From contig LFCN01000006.1 of NCBI GenBank assembly GCA_001189075.1, forward strand, positions 81,605-145,604: a DNA stretch of 64,000 nucleotides, read 5' to 3'. The translations under genes were made by a program, and so were the position numbers. The notes under the pieces were generated by a model, which was given only the letters and a program-made list of their open reading frames with translations, searched no databases and was not told the origin of the DNA. Position 1 is the first letter of the stretch; each line of letters opens with the position of its first letter. Positions 38,154 through 46,567 of the stretch are shown here, one piece after another. This stretch comes from Parcubacteria bacterium C7867-004. GTDB lineage: Bacteria > Patescibacteriota > Minisyncoccia > Phycocordibacterales > Phycocordibacteraceae.

Positions 38154-38807
38154 ATGAAAGAAACGAAGCTTCCGCGAGAAACCGTAGAGAAAGCGCTCTC
38201 GTTAGCTTCGCTCGTGCTCGAGTTCGGGCAGACCAATCGTGTTACGCACTATCCTGACGGCGTTACGCTTGAATCGGACACCGATCACACGGTGATGCTT
38301 GGGATCATAGCGTGTGCGTTCGCAAAGGAACACGCACCGCATCTTGATACTGGAAAGATTGCCGAGTTCGCACTCGTGCATGACCTCGTTGAGGTGTATG
38401 CGAAAGATACGCCTATGTTCGGTATGAAGAATGAGGCGTATACGAAAGATAAGGAAGAGCGCGAGTCTCTCGCCCTCGAACGAATCAAGCGTGAGTACGA
38501 CAGCGTGTTCCCCTGGATAGCGGAAACTATTGAAGAGTATGAATCGCTCAAGACGCCGGAAGCGCGATTCGTAAAAGTCTTTGATAAGGTGCTGCCGAAG
38601 CTGGTACACATTTTGAATAGGGGAGTGACCGTGAAGTCGCTCGGACATACGCGCCAGAGCACGACCGAATTTCATGAGTATCAATACGAGAAGATCAAGG
38701 CGGGATACGGAGGCGATCAACCGGAAGCACTCGATCTCTTGTGGGCAGCACACCTCCTATCGGATGAAATGCTTGCAGAACTTGAACCTCTTTGGAACGA
38801 TCAATAG
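38154..38807 (+). CDS. HD-domain hydrolase (YfbR/HDDC2-like 5'-deoxynucleotidase)
   Basis: ESDTDH, LVHDLVE and EARFVK.FDK. Confidence 0.82.
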   Translation: MKETKLPRETVEKALSLASLVLEFGQTNRVTHYPDGVTLESDTDHTVMLGIIACAFAKEHAPHLDTGKIAEFALVHDLVEVYAKDTPMFGMKNEAYTKDKEERESLALERIKREYDSVFPWIAETIEEYESLKTPEARFVKVFDKVLPKLVHILNRGVTVKSLGHTRQSTTEFHEYQYEKIKAGYGGDQPEALDLLWAAHLLSDEMLAELEPLWNDQ

Positions 38808-38868
38808 TCTAAGTGTATAGAAAAGGAAAAGAGCGATGCACCGTTTGATGCATCGCCCCGTCGTTCGT

Positions 38869-39285
38869 CTAGGAAGCGTCCCTGAGCGTCCGCGCGACGG
38901 CCAGCACGACCTTCTGGTCTCTGGGCGAGAGTTCGCCCATGATGAGCAGGGTGTCCTGCACATCCTGGGATTTCGCGAGCTCGAGCAGCTTGGCAAGCGA
39001 CGACTGGTCGTCCGGGTCCCCGGCAATCTCGCCGTGGAGTTCGGCGATCTTCCTGTCGACAGCTTTGGCGATCCGTCCCATCATGGAGCCGCTGACGCGG
39101 TTGGCGCCGCGCTCGTACTTCTGGATCTGCTGGAACGTCACCCCGCAGACTTCGGCGAGAGCCTGCTGGCTCAAGCCTCTCGCCTTCCGGAAAAGGCGAA
39201 TGCGGGCGCCGATCGCGACATCTGCCGGATCGGCCTTAGCTTCTGCGCGCTTGGCGCGCGACATCGTACTGGTCTCTTGGGCCAC
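38869..39285 (-). CDS. XRE-family HTH regulator, Alphaproteobacteria-type
   Basis: DVAIGARIR..R...GLSQ..LA...GVTFQQIQKYERGANRVS; GTG start 6 nt after AAGGAG (alternative ATG at 39264). Confidence 0.88.
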   Translation of the reverse strand: MAQETSTMSRAKRAEAKADPADVAIGARIRLFRKARGLSQQALAEVCGVTFQQIQKYERGANRVSGSMMGRIAKAVDRKIAELHGEIAGDPDDQSSLAKLLELAKSQDVQDTLLIMGELSPRDQKVVLAVARTLRDAS

Positions 39286-39385
39286 ACTGGGCTCCTTACT
39301 GTTACGAACACAAATAGAATAACACATTAAATATAGTGTGTCTAGTATCCCAAACGGGAGATTCTCTCCCAGGCATGCCTGGTAA

Positions 39386-39401
39386 TCGAACAAATGTTCG
39401 A
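39386..39401. promoter_or_regulatory. SOS-box-like palindrome (GAAC-N4-GTTC)
   Basis: TCGAACAAATGTTCGA directly upstream of the -10 TATGCT (39403-39408) of the LexA-like gene. Confidence 0.75.
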
Positions 39402-39414
39402 GTATGCTGGAATT

Positions 39415-39996
39415 ATGAGGAAAGATGGTTTCGCTTCAAGGAAAGGGAAAGTCATTACTTTCTATCGCGCGCATAAGCGCATGCCGAATGTTACGGAGCT
39501 TATGGAGATCTGTGGTCTCTCCTCCCGAAGCTCAGCATTCGCGGTCGCAGAACGCCTGGTAGAGGAAGGAGTCGCGGAGAAGGACCGGACGGGGAAGCTC
39601 CTGCCGACTGCGGCAATGTTCTCGCTTCCGTTGCTCGGACACGTTCGTGCCGGATTCGCGGCACCCGCAGAAGAAGAACTCGCCGATACGATCGGTATCG
39701 GCGACTACCTGCTTGGTAACGTGAACGCGAGCTACTTGCTCCAGGTGGAAGGGGACTCCATGCAGGATGCGGGGATTCTTAGTGGCGACATGGTTATCTT
39801 CGAACGCACGCAGGATTACAAGCCGGGCGATATCGTGGTCGCGCTTACGGAGGACGGCTATACGCTCAAGTATCTTCGTACACGCGGGAAGGTTTTCTAT
39901 CTCGAAGCAGCGAATGATCGGTATCCTGATATTTTTCCGTTGGAGGGGCAGATTATCGGCAAGGTAACCGCCATGTTCCGTCGCTATGGCCGCTAG
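39415..39996 (+). CDS. LexA/UmuD-like S24 self-cleaving repressor
   Basis: N-terminal HTH (MPNVTELM..CGLSS.SSA), Ala-Gly cleavage site (VRAGF), Ser (GDSM) and Lys (TLK). Confidence 0.88.
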   Translation: MRKDGFASRKGKVITFYRAHKRMPNVTELMEICGLSSRSSAFAVAERLVEEGVAEKDRTGKLLPTAAMFSLPLLGHVRAGFAAPAEEELADTIGIGDYLLGNVNASYLLQVEGDSMQDAGILSGDMVIFERTQDYKPGDIVVALTEDGYTLKYLRTRGKVFYLEAANDRYPDIFPLEGQIIGKVTAMFRRYGR

Positions 39997-41275
39997 CTAT
40001 CCCAAAGCCATAGTGCACTTCGACGGCGACGCGTTCTTCGCGTCGGTGCTGCAGATGATGGACCACACGCTACGCGGGAAGCCCGTCATCACGGGAGGCG
40101 AACGCGGTTCTGCGACGTCGCTTTCGTACGAAGCGAAAGCGCTGGGCCTGCATCGTGGCATGCCCATGCAGGAAATCAGACGCATTGCGCCCGAGGCTAT
40201 CATCGTCCCGTCGGACTACACGGCCTACTCGATATACGCGCGCCGGATGTATGCGATCGTGCGCGAGTTCACACCGAAAGTAGAGGAATACAGTATCGAC
40301 GAATGCTTCGCCGATATTACCGGGCTTGAGGACGCATTCGGCATGACGTATGCGGAGATAGTGCTTTGCATAAAGCAGAAACTTGAGCAGTCACTCGGCG
40401 TTACCTTCGGCGTCGGTCTCGCATCAAGTAAGACGCTCGCTAAAGTAGCGTCGAAATACCATAAGCCGGCGGGCCTCACACTGATCCCGACGGAACGTAT
40501 CGAAGAGATACTCGGACAGACTGCTATATATGACGTGTGGGGACTGGGCGGCGTCGGCGGGACGAAGCTGAACTCACTTGGGGTACCCACAGCTCTCGAT
40601 TTCATACGCAAAGACGACGGATGGCTCAAGGATAATGGGTTCGTAAAGCCGCAGCGCGATACCTGGCTCGAGCTTAAGGGGTACTACATCAATCCCGTCC
40701 GTGTCGGGAAGCATGGCGAGATAGGTTCCGTGATGAAGACGCGCACGTTCTCTCCGCCTTCCATGGAACGTTCGTTCATATTTTCTCAGTTATCGAAGAA
40801 CGTGGAAGCCGCATGCGTGAAACTTAGGCGTGCGGGGCTCAAGGCGAGGGCGCTCTCGTTCTATCTGAAGACGCAGGAGTTCACGTATCACGCGGTGCAG
40901 ATGGATTTGCCGGTCGCGCTTTCAACGGCGTCTGAGATGCTCGAATGTATCGAAAAGCGGTTTGATGAGGTGTATGCGACCGAGATCCTGTATCGTGCTA
41001 CCGGTGTTACGCTCCGTGCGCTGGTTACCGATAGTGCGCTTACGCCTGACCTGTTCGGAGAATTCGAGAAGCGGGTACAGAAGAACGGCTCATTCGATGC
41101 CCTCGATCGTCTTAATAAGAAGTATGGGAACAGCACCGTGTTCCTTGCTTCGAGTCTCCAGGCGCTTCGGGCTCCGGAGCTGCCGCGGGCTCGTAAACGA
41201 CGTAAGGGATTCCTGCGTCAGGATCTTGAGCATAAGAAGTCGCTCGACATCCCGTTCCTTGGGATTGCTCGCTGA
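39986..41275 (+). CDS. Y-family translesion DNA polymerase (DinB/UmuC-like)
   Basis: HFDGDAFFASV, SYEAK, YSIDECF and KTLAKVAS..KP.G; overlaps the LexA-like gene. Confidence 0.92.
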   Translation: MAASYPKAIVHFDGDAFFASVLQMMDHTLRGKPVITGGERGSATSLSYEAKALGLHRGMPMQEIRRIAPEAIIVPSDYTAYSIYARRMYAIVREFTPKVEEYSIDECFADITGLEDAFGMTYAEIVLCIKQKLEQSLGVTFGVGLASSKTLAKVASKYHKPAGLTLIPTERIEEILGQTAIYDVWGLGGVGGTKLNSLGVPTALDFIRKDDGWLKDNGFVKPQRDTWLELKGYYINPVRVGKHGEIGSVMKTRTFSPPSMERSFIFSQLSKNVEAACVKLRRAGLKARALSFYLKTQEFTYHAVQMDLPVALSTASEMLECIEKRFDEVYATEILYRATGVTLRALVTDSALTPDLFGEFEKRVQKNGSFDALDRLNKKYGNSTVFLASSLQALRAPELPRARKRRKGFLRQDLEHKKSLDIPFLGIAR

Positions 41276-41311
41276 TCAGGTTGCCTGAAGCCGTTTTGGT
41301 ATAATGAGATT

Positions 41312-41956
41312 ATGAAGGTTACGAAATACGGGCACTCGTGCCTGCTTATCGAAGAAGGGAATGCTCGCATCATCACGGACCCGGGAATCTGGAATCCGAC
41401 GCCCGGTGCGGTTGATGTCGATGCGGTACTCATAACACATGAGCACCAGGACCATTTGGATATGGATCAGCTGAAGGAAATTCTTTCGCGCAATACTGGT
41501 GCCGTTGTCATTACGCATGAATCAGTGGGGAAGTTGCTTACGGAAGCGGGTATCGAATACACCACTATCGAGCCAGGAAGCCCGATTGATGTGAACGGCG
41601 TATCGGTCGAGAGCTTTGGGACCGAACACGCCATCGTCTATGGCGACTCGTCACCTTGCCGGAATACCGGTTTCCTCATTGGCGAGAAGCTCTTCGTGCC
41701 AGGTGACGCGCTGCATGACATTCCCTCGAAGTCTGTGGAAGTGCTCGCGCTTCCCACGGGTGGTCCTTGGATGCGCATGAATGAGGCCATCGACTATGCG
41801 AAGAAGGTCGCGCCGAAGATTGTCTTCCCGATACATGATGCGATGTATATCGAGGACTATCAGCGATGGCTTGTTCCAAGGGTTGTGGGCGGGAATCTGG
41901 AATCAGCAGGTATCGAACTCCGCGATATGCCAGACGGAAGCACGGAGGAGTTCTAG
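41312..41956 (+). CDS. MBL-fold metallo-hydrolase
   Basis: GHSC, TDPG, ITHEHQDH, PGD and PIHD. Confidence 0.88.
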   Translation: MKVTKYGHSCLLIEEGNARIITDPGIWNPTPGAVDVDAVLITHEHQDHLDMDQLKEILSRNTGAVVITHESVGKLLTEAGIEYTTIEPGSPIDVNGVSVESFGTEHAIVYGDSSPCRNTGFLIGEKLFVPGDALHDIPSKSVEVLALPTGGPWMRMNEAIDYAKKVAPKIVFPIHDAMYIEDYQRWLVPRVVGGNLESAGIELRDMPDGSTEEF

Positions 41957-42375
41957 GGAGCTCGTTTCTTCTTTTCGGTGAATGATCGGTAGGCGATGAT
42001 TATTAAACTGATCGCCGTGAAGCAGATAGCCATGAACTGCGCGGTAGCGAGTTTCGAATAATCGAAGATCACGAAGAATGCGTTTGAGTTGTAATCGGGC
42101 GTGAGCAGTATCAAGAGGAGCGAGAGCGGCAGCCACCATCTCGCGAACTTGAACCATGCTTTGAACGCTGAATCTGAGACGACGAGCAGGATGACACTCG
42201 GGATCACGAAGGCGGCAGAAAACAGGTAATAGGGTGTTACGAATATCTCGAAGAGATAATTGAACACGCCACGCAGCGGGCAGCCGGTTATCGAGTACAC
42301 GCACCAGATTGCGGCTTTATCGAGCGCGAATCCTAGCACGCACGCGAGCAGAGGGATGAATCGTATGGTTCTCAT
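41953..42375 (-). CDS. Four-TM hypothetical membrane protein
   Basis: Four hydrophobic segments with FKAWFKFARWWLPL; lies directly downstream of the lipase-like gene. Confidence 0.75.
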   Translation of the reverse strand: MRTIRFIPLLACVLGFALDKAAIWCVYSITGCPLRGVFNYLFEIFVTPYYLFSAAFVIPSVILLVVSDSAFKAWFKFARWWLPLSLLLILLTPDYNSNAFFVIFDYSKLATAQFMAICFTAISLIIIAYRSFTEKKKRAP

Positions 42376-42404
42376 TGGTTCAATAATTATATAGCTAATT
42401 AAAG

Positions 42405-44906
42405 TTACTTCTTTAGTGGCTTCGGTAGCGTGGCGGGCGGCGTCTTAACGGGCGGCTTCCACGGCGCGTCTATCGTCTGGATGAGCGGCGCATAGACCAC
42501 GGTCTTTCCGAGACTCGGCACGAGTTGGTGGTCAACGGTGCCGTCGCCGTTCTCATCCACCGCAAGCGCAGACAAGTGTTCAATGTCACCGTTCACGACA
42601 AGGGTCGCGGTCGTCTTATTGGTGGTAGGGACTGCTGCAATAGTAGTCGACGCCGTTATCGAATTTCCGACCTGCCTTCTGATGTTGAGCGAGAAGGTAC
42701 CCGTCGCCTGTCCGCGAAGTTTAAGGGAATACGCTCGAGTTTCAGGAACTACGATGTATTTACTCTCACCGAGATCCCCGTACGAAGAACCGGGTATCTC
42801 TTCGCTTACGGTTCCGTCTGCACGAAGTCCCGTATAGTTTCCGTTTGAGTCACGTATTTCGAGAACGAGCGGCGAATGAAGAATGAATACCAGTTTCTTA
42901 CTTACATCAGTTGCCGCTGGTTGCGTGCCGGTTATGAATTGAGGAAGCGGTTCAAGAGATTCATCGCGAACGAGCTTCTCTATAAGCAACCGAACCGATT
43001 GGCTCTCAAGTAGGTTGCCGTGCGCATACTTCTTTCGAGCAATACGCTCAGTTTCTTTCAGGTCTACCCAGTATCGATGAGTCTGCGGGTTGCTCCGTAT
43101 TGCCAGCGCACTCGGTATCGTCACTACACCATCCCCATCTTCAACGAACTGAGGAGCGTATTCCTTCTTGTATCCAAGAAGCCCCGCCCCGCGCAGTCCG
43201 TCATACATCTCAATGCCTGAGACCGTGTCTTTGCCCCAACCTGCAATCTGGTATACGTCGATACCGGGTGATGGTGTCCATGAATCGAGAGCACTGTGCG
43301 CATCTTTCGCGTATTCGAGCAGATTCGGATAAAGAATCTCTTCAACGTCTACAAGAGGAGTCGCCGGATGTCCGCGACCATCACCACCCTTGAGGAAGTC
43401 ATAGAAATCCGCGACATTCGTGATCGTCTTCCCGTAGAGTGCCTGATCCGCGCCGTACATACGGTCACCCTTGAAGCTGATAAGCGGATGATCAGCATCA
43501 AGCGTGTCAGCTAGGTATCGAGCAGATGGGAGAAGCTCATACGCGCTGGGCATGGAGAGTGTGAATGCGCGAGCTTGTCCTCGATCGACGATGAAATCGC
43601 AGAAGAAGGAACCGAGTAGAGTCTTAGCGCAACTATCAAGCGGAAGCGATTGGCCATACCCATACAGAAGCGCGCCGATGGTCCTCGGCGCTCCCGTTTG
43701 TGGCGCACCGACGAGTATCAGCTTGTCGACGAGATCCGCATGCCCCTCTTGCTCGAGCTTCTGCACGAGCGCTTTAGCCACGAGCCCGCCGTGCGAGTAT
43801 CCGATGATCGTCACTTTTCCGGTCTTCGACGATTGCGCTAATTCCTTTAGTGTCTGTGTGATGTACGGCGAGCTCGTTTCGTCTTCGTAATAGATGCGAC
43901 CGTCTTCCACTCGGCCTTTCGAAACCAAATCACTAAGAGAGAGTCGCCAGTCATAGGAAACTACTCTCCACTCATTGAATAGATTTTCACTCTGCATCGC
44001 ATCGAGATTGTCGAAGAACGATTCAAGAATTCGGAGCGGTCCGATCGAGGTGATTACATCGTTTTCCTTCACGTATACGTCGTCGCTCTTGCTCAAGCCG
44101 CTCGGGTCAAGCGCAAGCTCGTCGAGGCTGCTGCCGAGAAGTGCAGGTTCCCAGAGTTTCTGTTCGGAACAGAATGCGCCGTTCGGATTACAGCGGTTCG
44201 AAGTTCGGTACAATCTCGACCCCTCGATGCCAGAAAGGAAGAGCACGTTCGATCCGACTGTTGGTTTGGACAGTACAGTCTCACCATCTGTTACGTTGAA
44301 CCAGGTGCCATCCTCGCGGACGTTGAATGACGGACCGCTTGCGAGAGTCGGCCACTCGGTATCGTTGATGAAATAGGCGTTCGGACGGAAACCGTTGAAG
44401 TTCCCGCTCAAATTGAGTAGTCCTTGATAGCTGCTCCACGAGAATCCGGGAGCGAGACCAGTGGTGTTCTTGATGATGTAGTAGAAAGGAGGCTCGAGAT
44501 ACTGATGCCAATCGACTCCGGGACCGGCGATCCTATGAACCAGTTCGTCGAGATTGAGGGGAACGAACGTGGCGATTCCGTCTTTGCATTCGGCTCGTTG
44601 TTGCACGCCCGGTATGCGTACCCAGTCCTCAACATGCCCGAAGTACAGGGTCGCGTCGGTACCGGTACAGGGGACGGAAACTCCCGGGATATCGCCGTTC
44701 GGTGCTATCTGGAGGGAAAGAGAAATCCCTGAGGTAGTTGCATGTGGCTGTGGCTCAGGGTCGGCGCTCTTATATATAGGTATCTCTACAGGAACAGAAT
44801 CGGTCGAGGTTGCTTCATCCGCCTGGGTTATAAGGGGAGAAAAGATGACAAAACCGAGGATACTGGCCGTTAGAGCGGTATTTAGGAACTTAATCATGGT
44901 ACGCAT
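42405..44906 (-). CDS. Large secreted alpha/beta-hydrolase (LCAT/PGAP1-like lipase or acyltransferase)
   Basis: Signal peptide; YDWR, GYSHGG nucleophile elbow, GAPQ.GAP, YELLP, DGDGVV and HGNL; C-terminal beta-rich domain. Confidence 0.8.
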   Translation of the reverse strand: MRTMIKFLNTALTASILGFVIFSPLITQADEATSTDSVPVEIPIYKSADPEPQPHATTSGISLSLQIAPNGDIPGVSVPCTGTDATLYFGHVEDWVRIPGVQQRAECKDGIATFVPLNLDELVHRIAGPGVDWHQYLEPPFYYIIKNTTGLAPGFSWSSYQGLLNLSGNFNGFRPNAYFINDTEWPTLASGPSFNVREDGTWFNVTDGETVLSKPTVGSNVLFLSGIEGSRLYRTSNRCNPNGAFCSEQKLWEPALLGSSLDELALDPSGLSKSDDVYVKENDVITSIGPLRILESFFDNLDAMQSENLFNEWRVVSYDWRLSLSDLVSKGRVEDGRIYYEDETSSPYITQTLKELAQSSKTGKVTIIGYSHGGLVAKALVQKLEQEGHADLVDKLILVGAPQTGAPRTIGALLYGYGQSLPLDSCAKTLLGSFFCDFIVDRGQARAFTLSMPSAYELLPSARYLADTLDADHPLISFKGDRMYGADQALYGKTITNVADFYDFLKGGDGRGHPATPLVDVEEILYPNLLEYAKDAHSALDSWTPSPGIDVYQIAGWGKDTVSGIEMYDGLRGAGLLGYKKEYAPQFVEDGDGVVTIPSALAIRSNPQTHRYWVDLKETERIARKKYAHGNLLESQSVRLLIEKLVRDESLEPLPQFITGTQPAATDVSKKLVFILHSPLVLEIRDSNGNYTGLRADGTVSEEIPGSSYGDLGESKYIVVPETRAYSLKLRGQATGTFSLNIRRQVGNSITASTTIAAVPTTNKTTATLVVNGDIEHLSALAVDENGDGTVDHQLVPSLGKTVVYAPLIQTIDAPWKPPVKTPPATLPKPLKK

Positions 44907-45006
44907 GCCCGAAGGGTAGTATCCGGAAGATAAGAGGACGTTAAAATTAAGTACCAAGAATCCTGAAGTCGATGCATAACCTCGGAGAGCCGGTCCAGGC
45001 ACAGAC

Positions 45007-45035
45007 TTGCGCGAAAGTACGGCTTCTTATATAGT
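45007..45035 (+). promoter_or_regulatory. sigma70-type promoter of rpsL-rpsG
   Basis: TTGCGC-17-TATAGT. Confidence 0.65.
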
Positions 45036-45070
45036 CTCAATGACTCCCACGCGGGGTTTTTCATTTCTCA

Positions 45071-45481
45071 ATGGCAACCATCAATCAGCTCACCAAGAAG
45101 GCGCGCAAGACCACTACCCGCAAGACGAAGGTAGTGGCCCTCGGTCGCGGCTTCAACACGCTTAAGAACCGCCCGACTTTCTATCCGGCCCCGTTCAAGC
45201 GTGGCGTGTGCGTGAAGGTGACCACCAAGACCCCGCGCAAGCCGAACTCGGCTATTCGTAAGATCGCTCGTGTTCGCCTCACCAACGGCATGGAGGTAAC
45301 TGCCTACATCCCGGGAGAGGGCCACAACCTTCAGGAGCACTCGGTGGTCATGCTTCGCGGCGGTCGCGTTAAGGACATTGGCGTGCAGTACACCATCGTC
45401 CGCGGACGCCTCGACACCGCCGGACTCGACAAGCGCCGCCGTGGTCGCTCGAAGTACGGAGCTAAGAAGCCGAAGGCGTAG
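45071..45481 (+). CDS. rpsL: 30S ribosomal protein S12
   Basis: [11 protein letters not shown] and [10 protein letters not shown]. Confidence 0.98.
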   Translation: MATINQLTKKARKTTTRKTKVVALGRGFNTLKNRPTFYPAPFKRGVCVKVTTKTPRKPNSAIRKIARVRLTNGMEVTAYIPGEGHNLQEHSVVMLRGGRVKDIGVQYTIVRGRLDTAGLDKRRRGRSKYGAKKPKA

Positions 45482-45498
45482 TCTTTTAGTACAGAATC

Positions 45499-45969
45499 AT
45501 GCGACATCCTCTCAAGAACAAATATCCTCGCCGCCCAGACCTGGTCTACAACTCGGAGGCTATCTCTCGTTTCATCAACACCGTCATGTGGGACGGCAAG
45601 AAGGACACCGCTCGCACGCTCGTGTATGGCGCGCTCGACATCATCAAGAACTCAGAGGGTAACCCTGATCCACTCGAGACGTTTGAGACCGCTATCCGCA
45701 ACGTCGCTCCGCTCATGGAGGTTCGTTCCCGCCGCGTCGGCGGTGCTAACTACCAGGTTCCTCGCGAGGTCCCGCAGCAGCGTCGTGTCGCGCTCGCGTA
45801 CCGCTGGCTCATCAATGCCGCTCGCGCCCAGAAGGGAAAGCCTATGGCTGAGCGCCTCGCGAGCGAGATCATGCTTGCTGTGAAGAACGAGGGTTCTGCT
45901 ATCAAGAAGAAGGACGACATGCACCGCATGGCTGATGCGAACAAGGCATTTGCTCACTTCGCTTGGTAA
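45499..45969 (+). CDS. rpsG: 30S ribosomal protein S7
   Basis: EVRSRRVGGANYQVP and HRMADANKAFAH. Confidence 0.98.
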   Translation: MRHPLKNKYPRRPDLVYNSEAISRFINTVMWDGKKDTARTLVYGALDIIKNSEGNPDPLETFETAIRNVAPLMEVRSRRVGGANYQVPREVPQQRRVALAYRWLINAARAQKGKPMAERLASEIMLAVKNEGSAIKKKDDMHRMADANKAFAHFAW

Positions 45970-46056
45970 TACAGGGTATTCGATAGAAAAGATCAGCGGC
46001 CAAAAGGCCGCTTTTCGTTTTCACTATATAGAAAAACAGCGCGGGTCAGGCGCTGC

Positions 46057-46395
46057 TCACTCTTTGTGCGGTTGAGGAAGATACTTCTCAAGGTGATATC
46101 CCTGAGAAGAGAGATCAATCCAGCGGTCCCAGGCGACCCAGGCTTCTTCACCTCTGGTGGCTATCGTGAGACGTCTGCCGTCACGTTCTCCCCATGCGTA
46201 CAGACGTTCTTTCGATCGTTCGCACGGGCCACCGCGGCGTATGTCCTCAAGCACTTCCAGAATCCCCATGGAAATGACATTGCGCTTTTTCGAATTACGT
46301 ATTTCTGTAGCGCCGAGAGCGTCGATTTGCCTTCGGAAGCCCATTTCGAGCAACACACGCACGTATACCGGTGGCAGGATCGTCGTATCCATCAC
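46057..46395 (-). CDS. Hypothetical protein inserted between rpsG and fusA
   Basis: 112 aa ORF on the opposite strand; GGGGG upstream and TGCTATCCT as a candidate -10. Confidence 0.55.
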   Translation of the reverse strand: MMDTTILPPVYVRVLLEMGFRRQIDALGATEIRNSKKRNVISMGILEVLEDIRRGGPCERSKERLYAWGERDGRRLTIATRGEEAWVAWDRWIDLSSQGYHLEKYLPQPHKE

Positions 46396-46567
46396 AACCC
46401 CCGAAAAATAGAACGATGCCCCGAGAAGAGCATCTGTTCCTTAGGATAGCACCTCGGTCCCGAGGTAGGAATCTAAGCCGTTACTAACGCTTCGTTTGCT
46501 TTTTGTCCTTATTTTCCGTATCTTATAGGTAATAGCCGCGGGGCTTTTATTTTTATCTATCCTTCTT

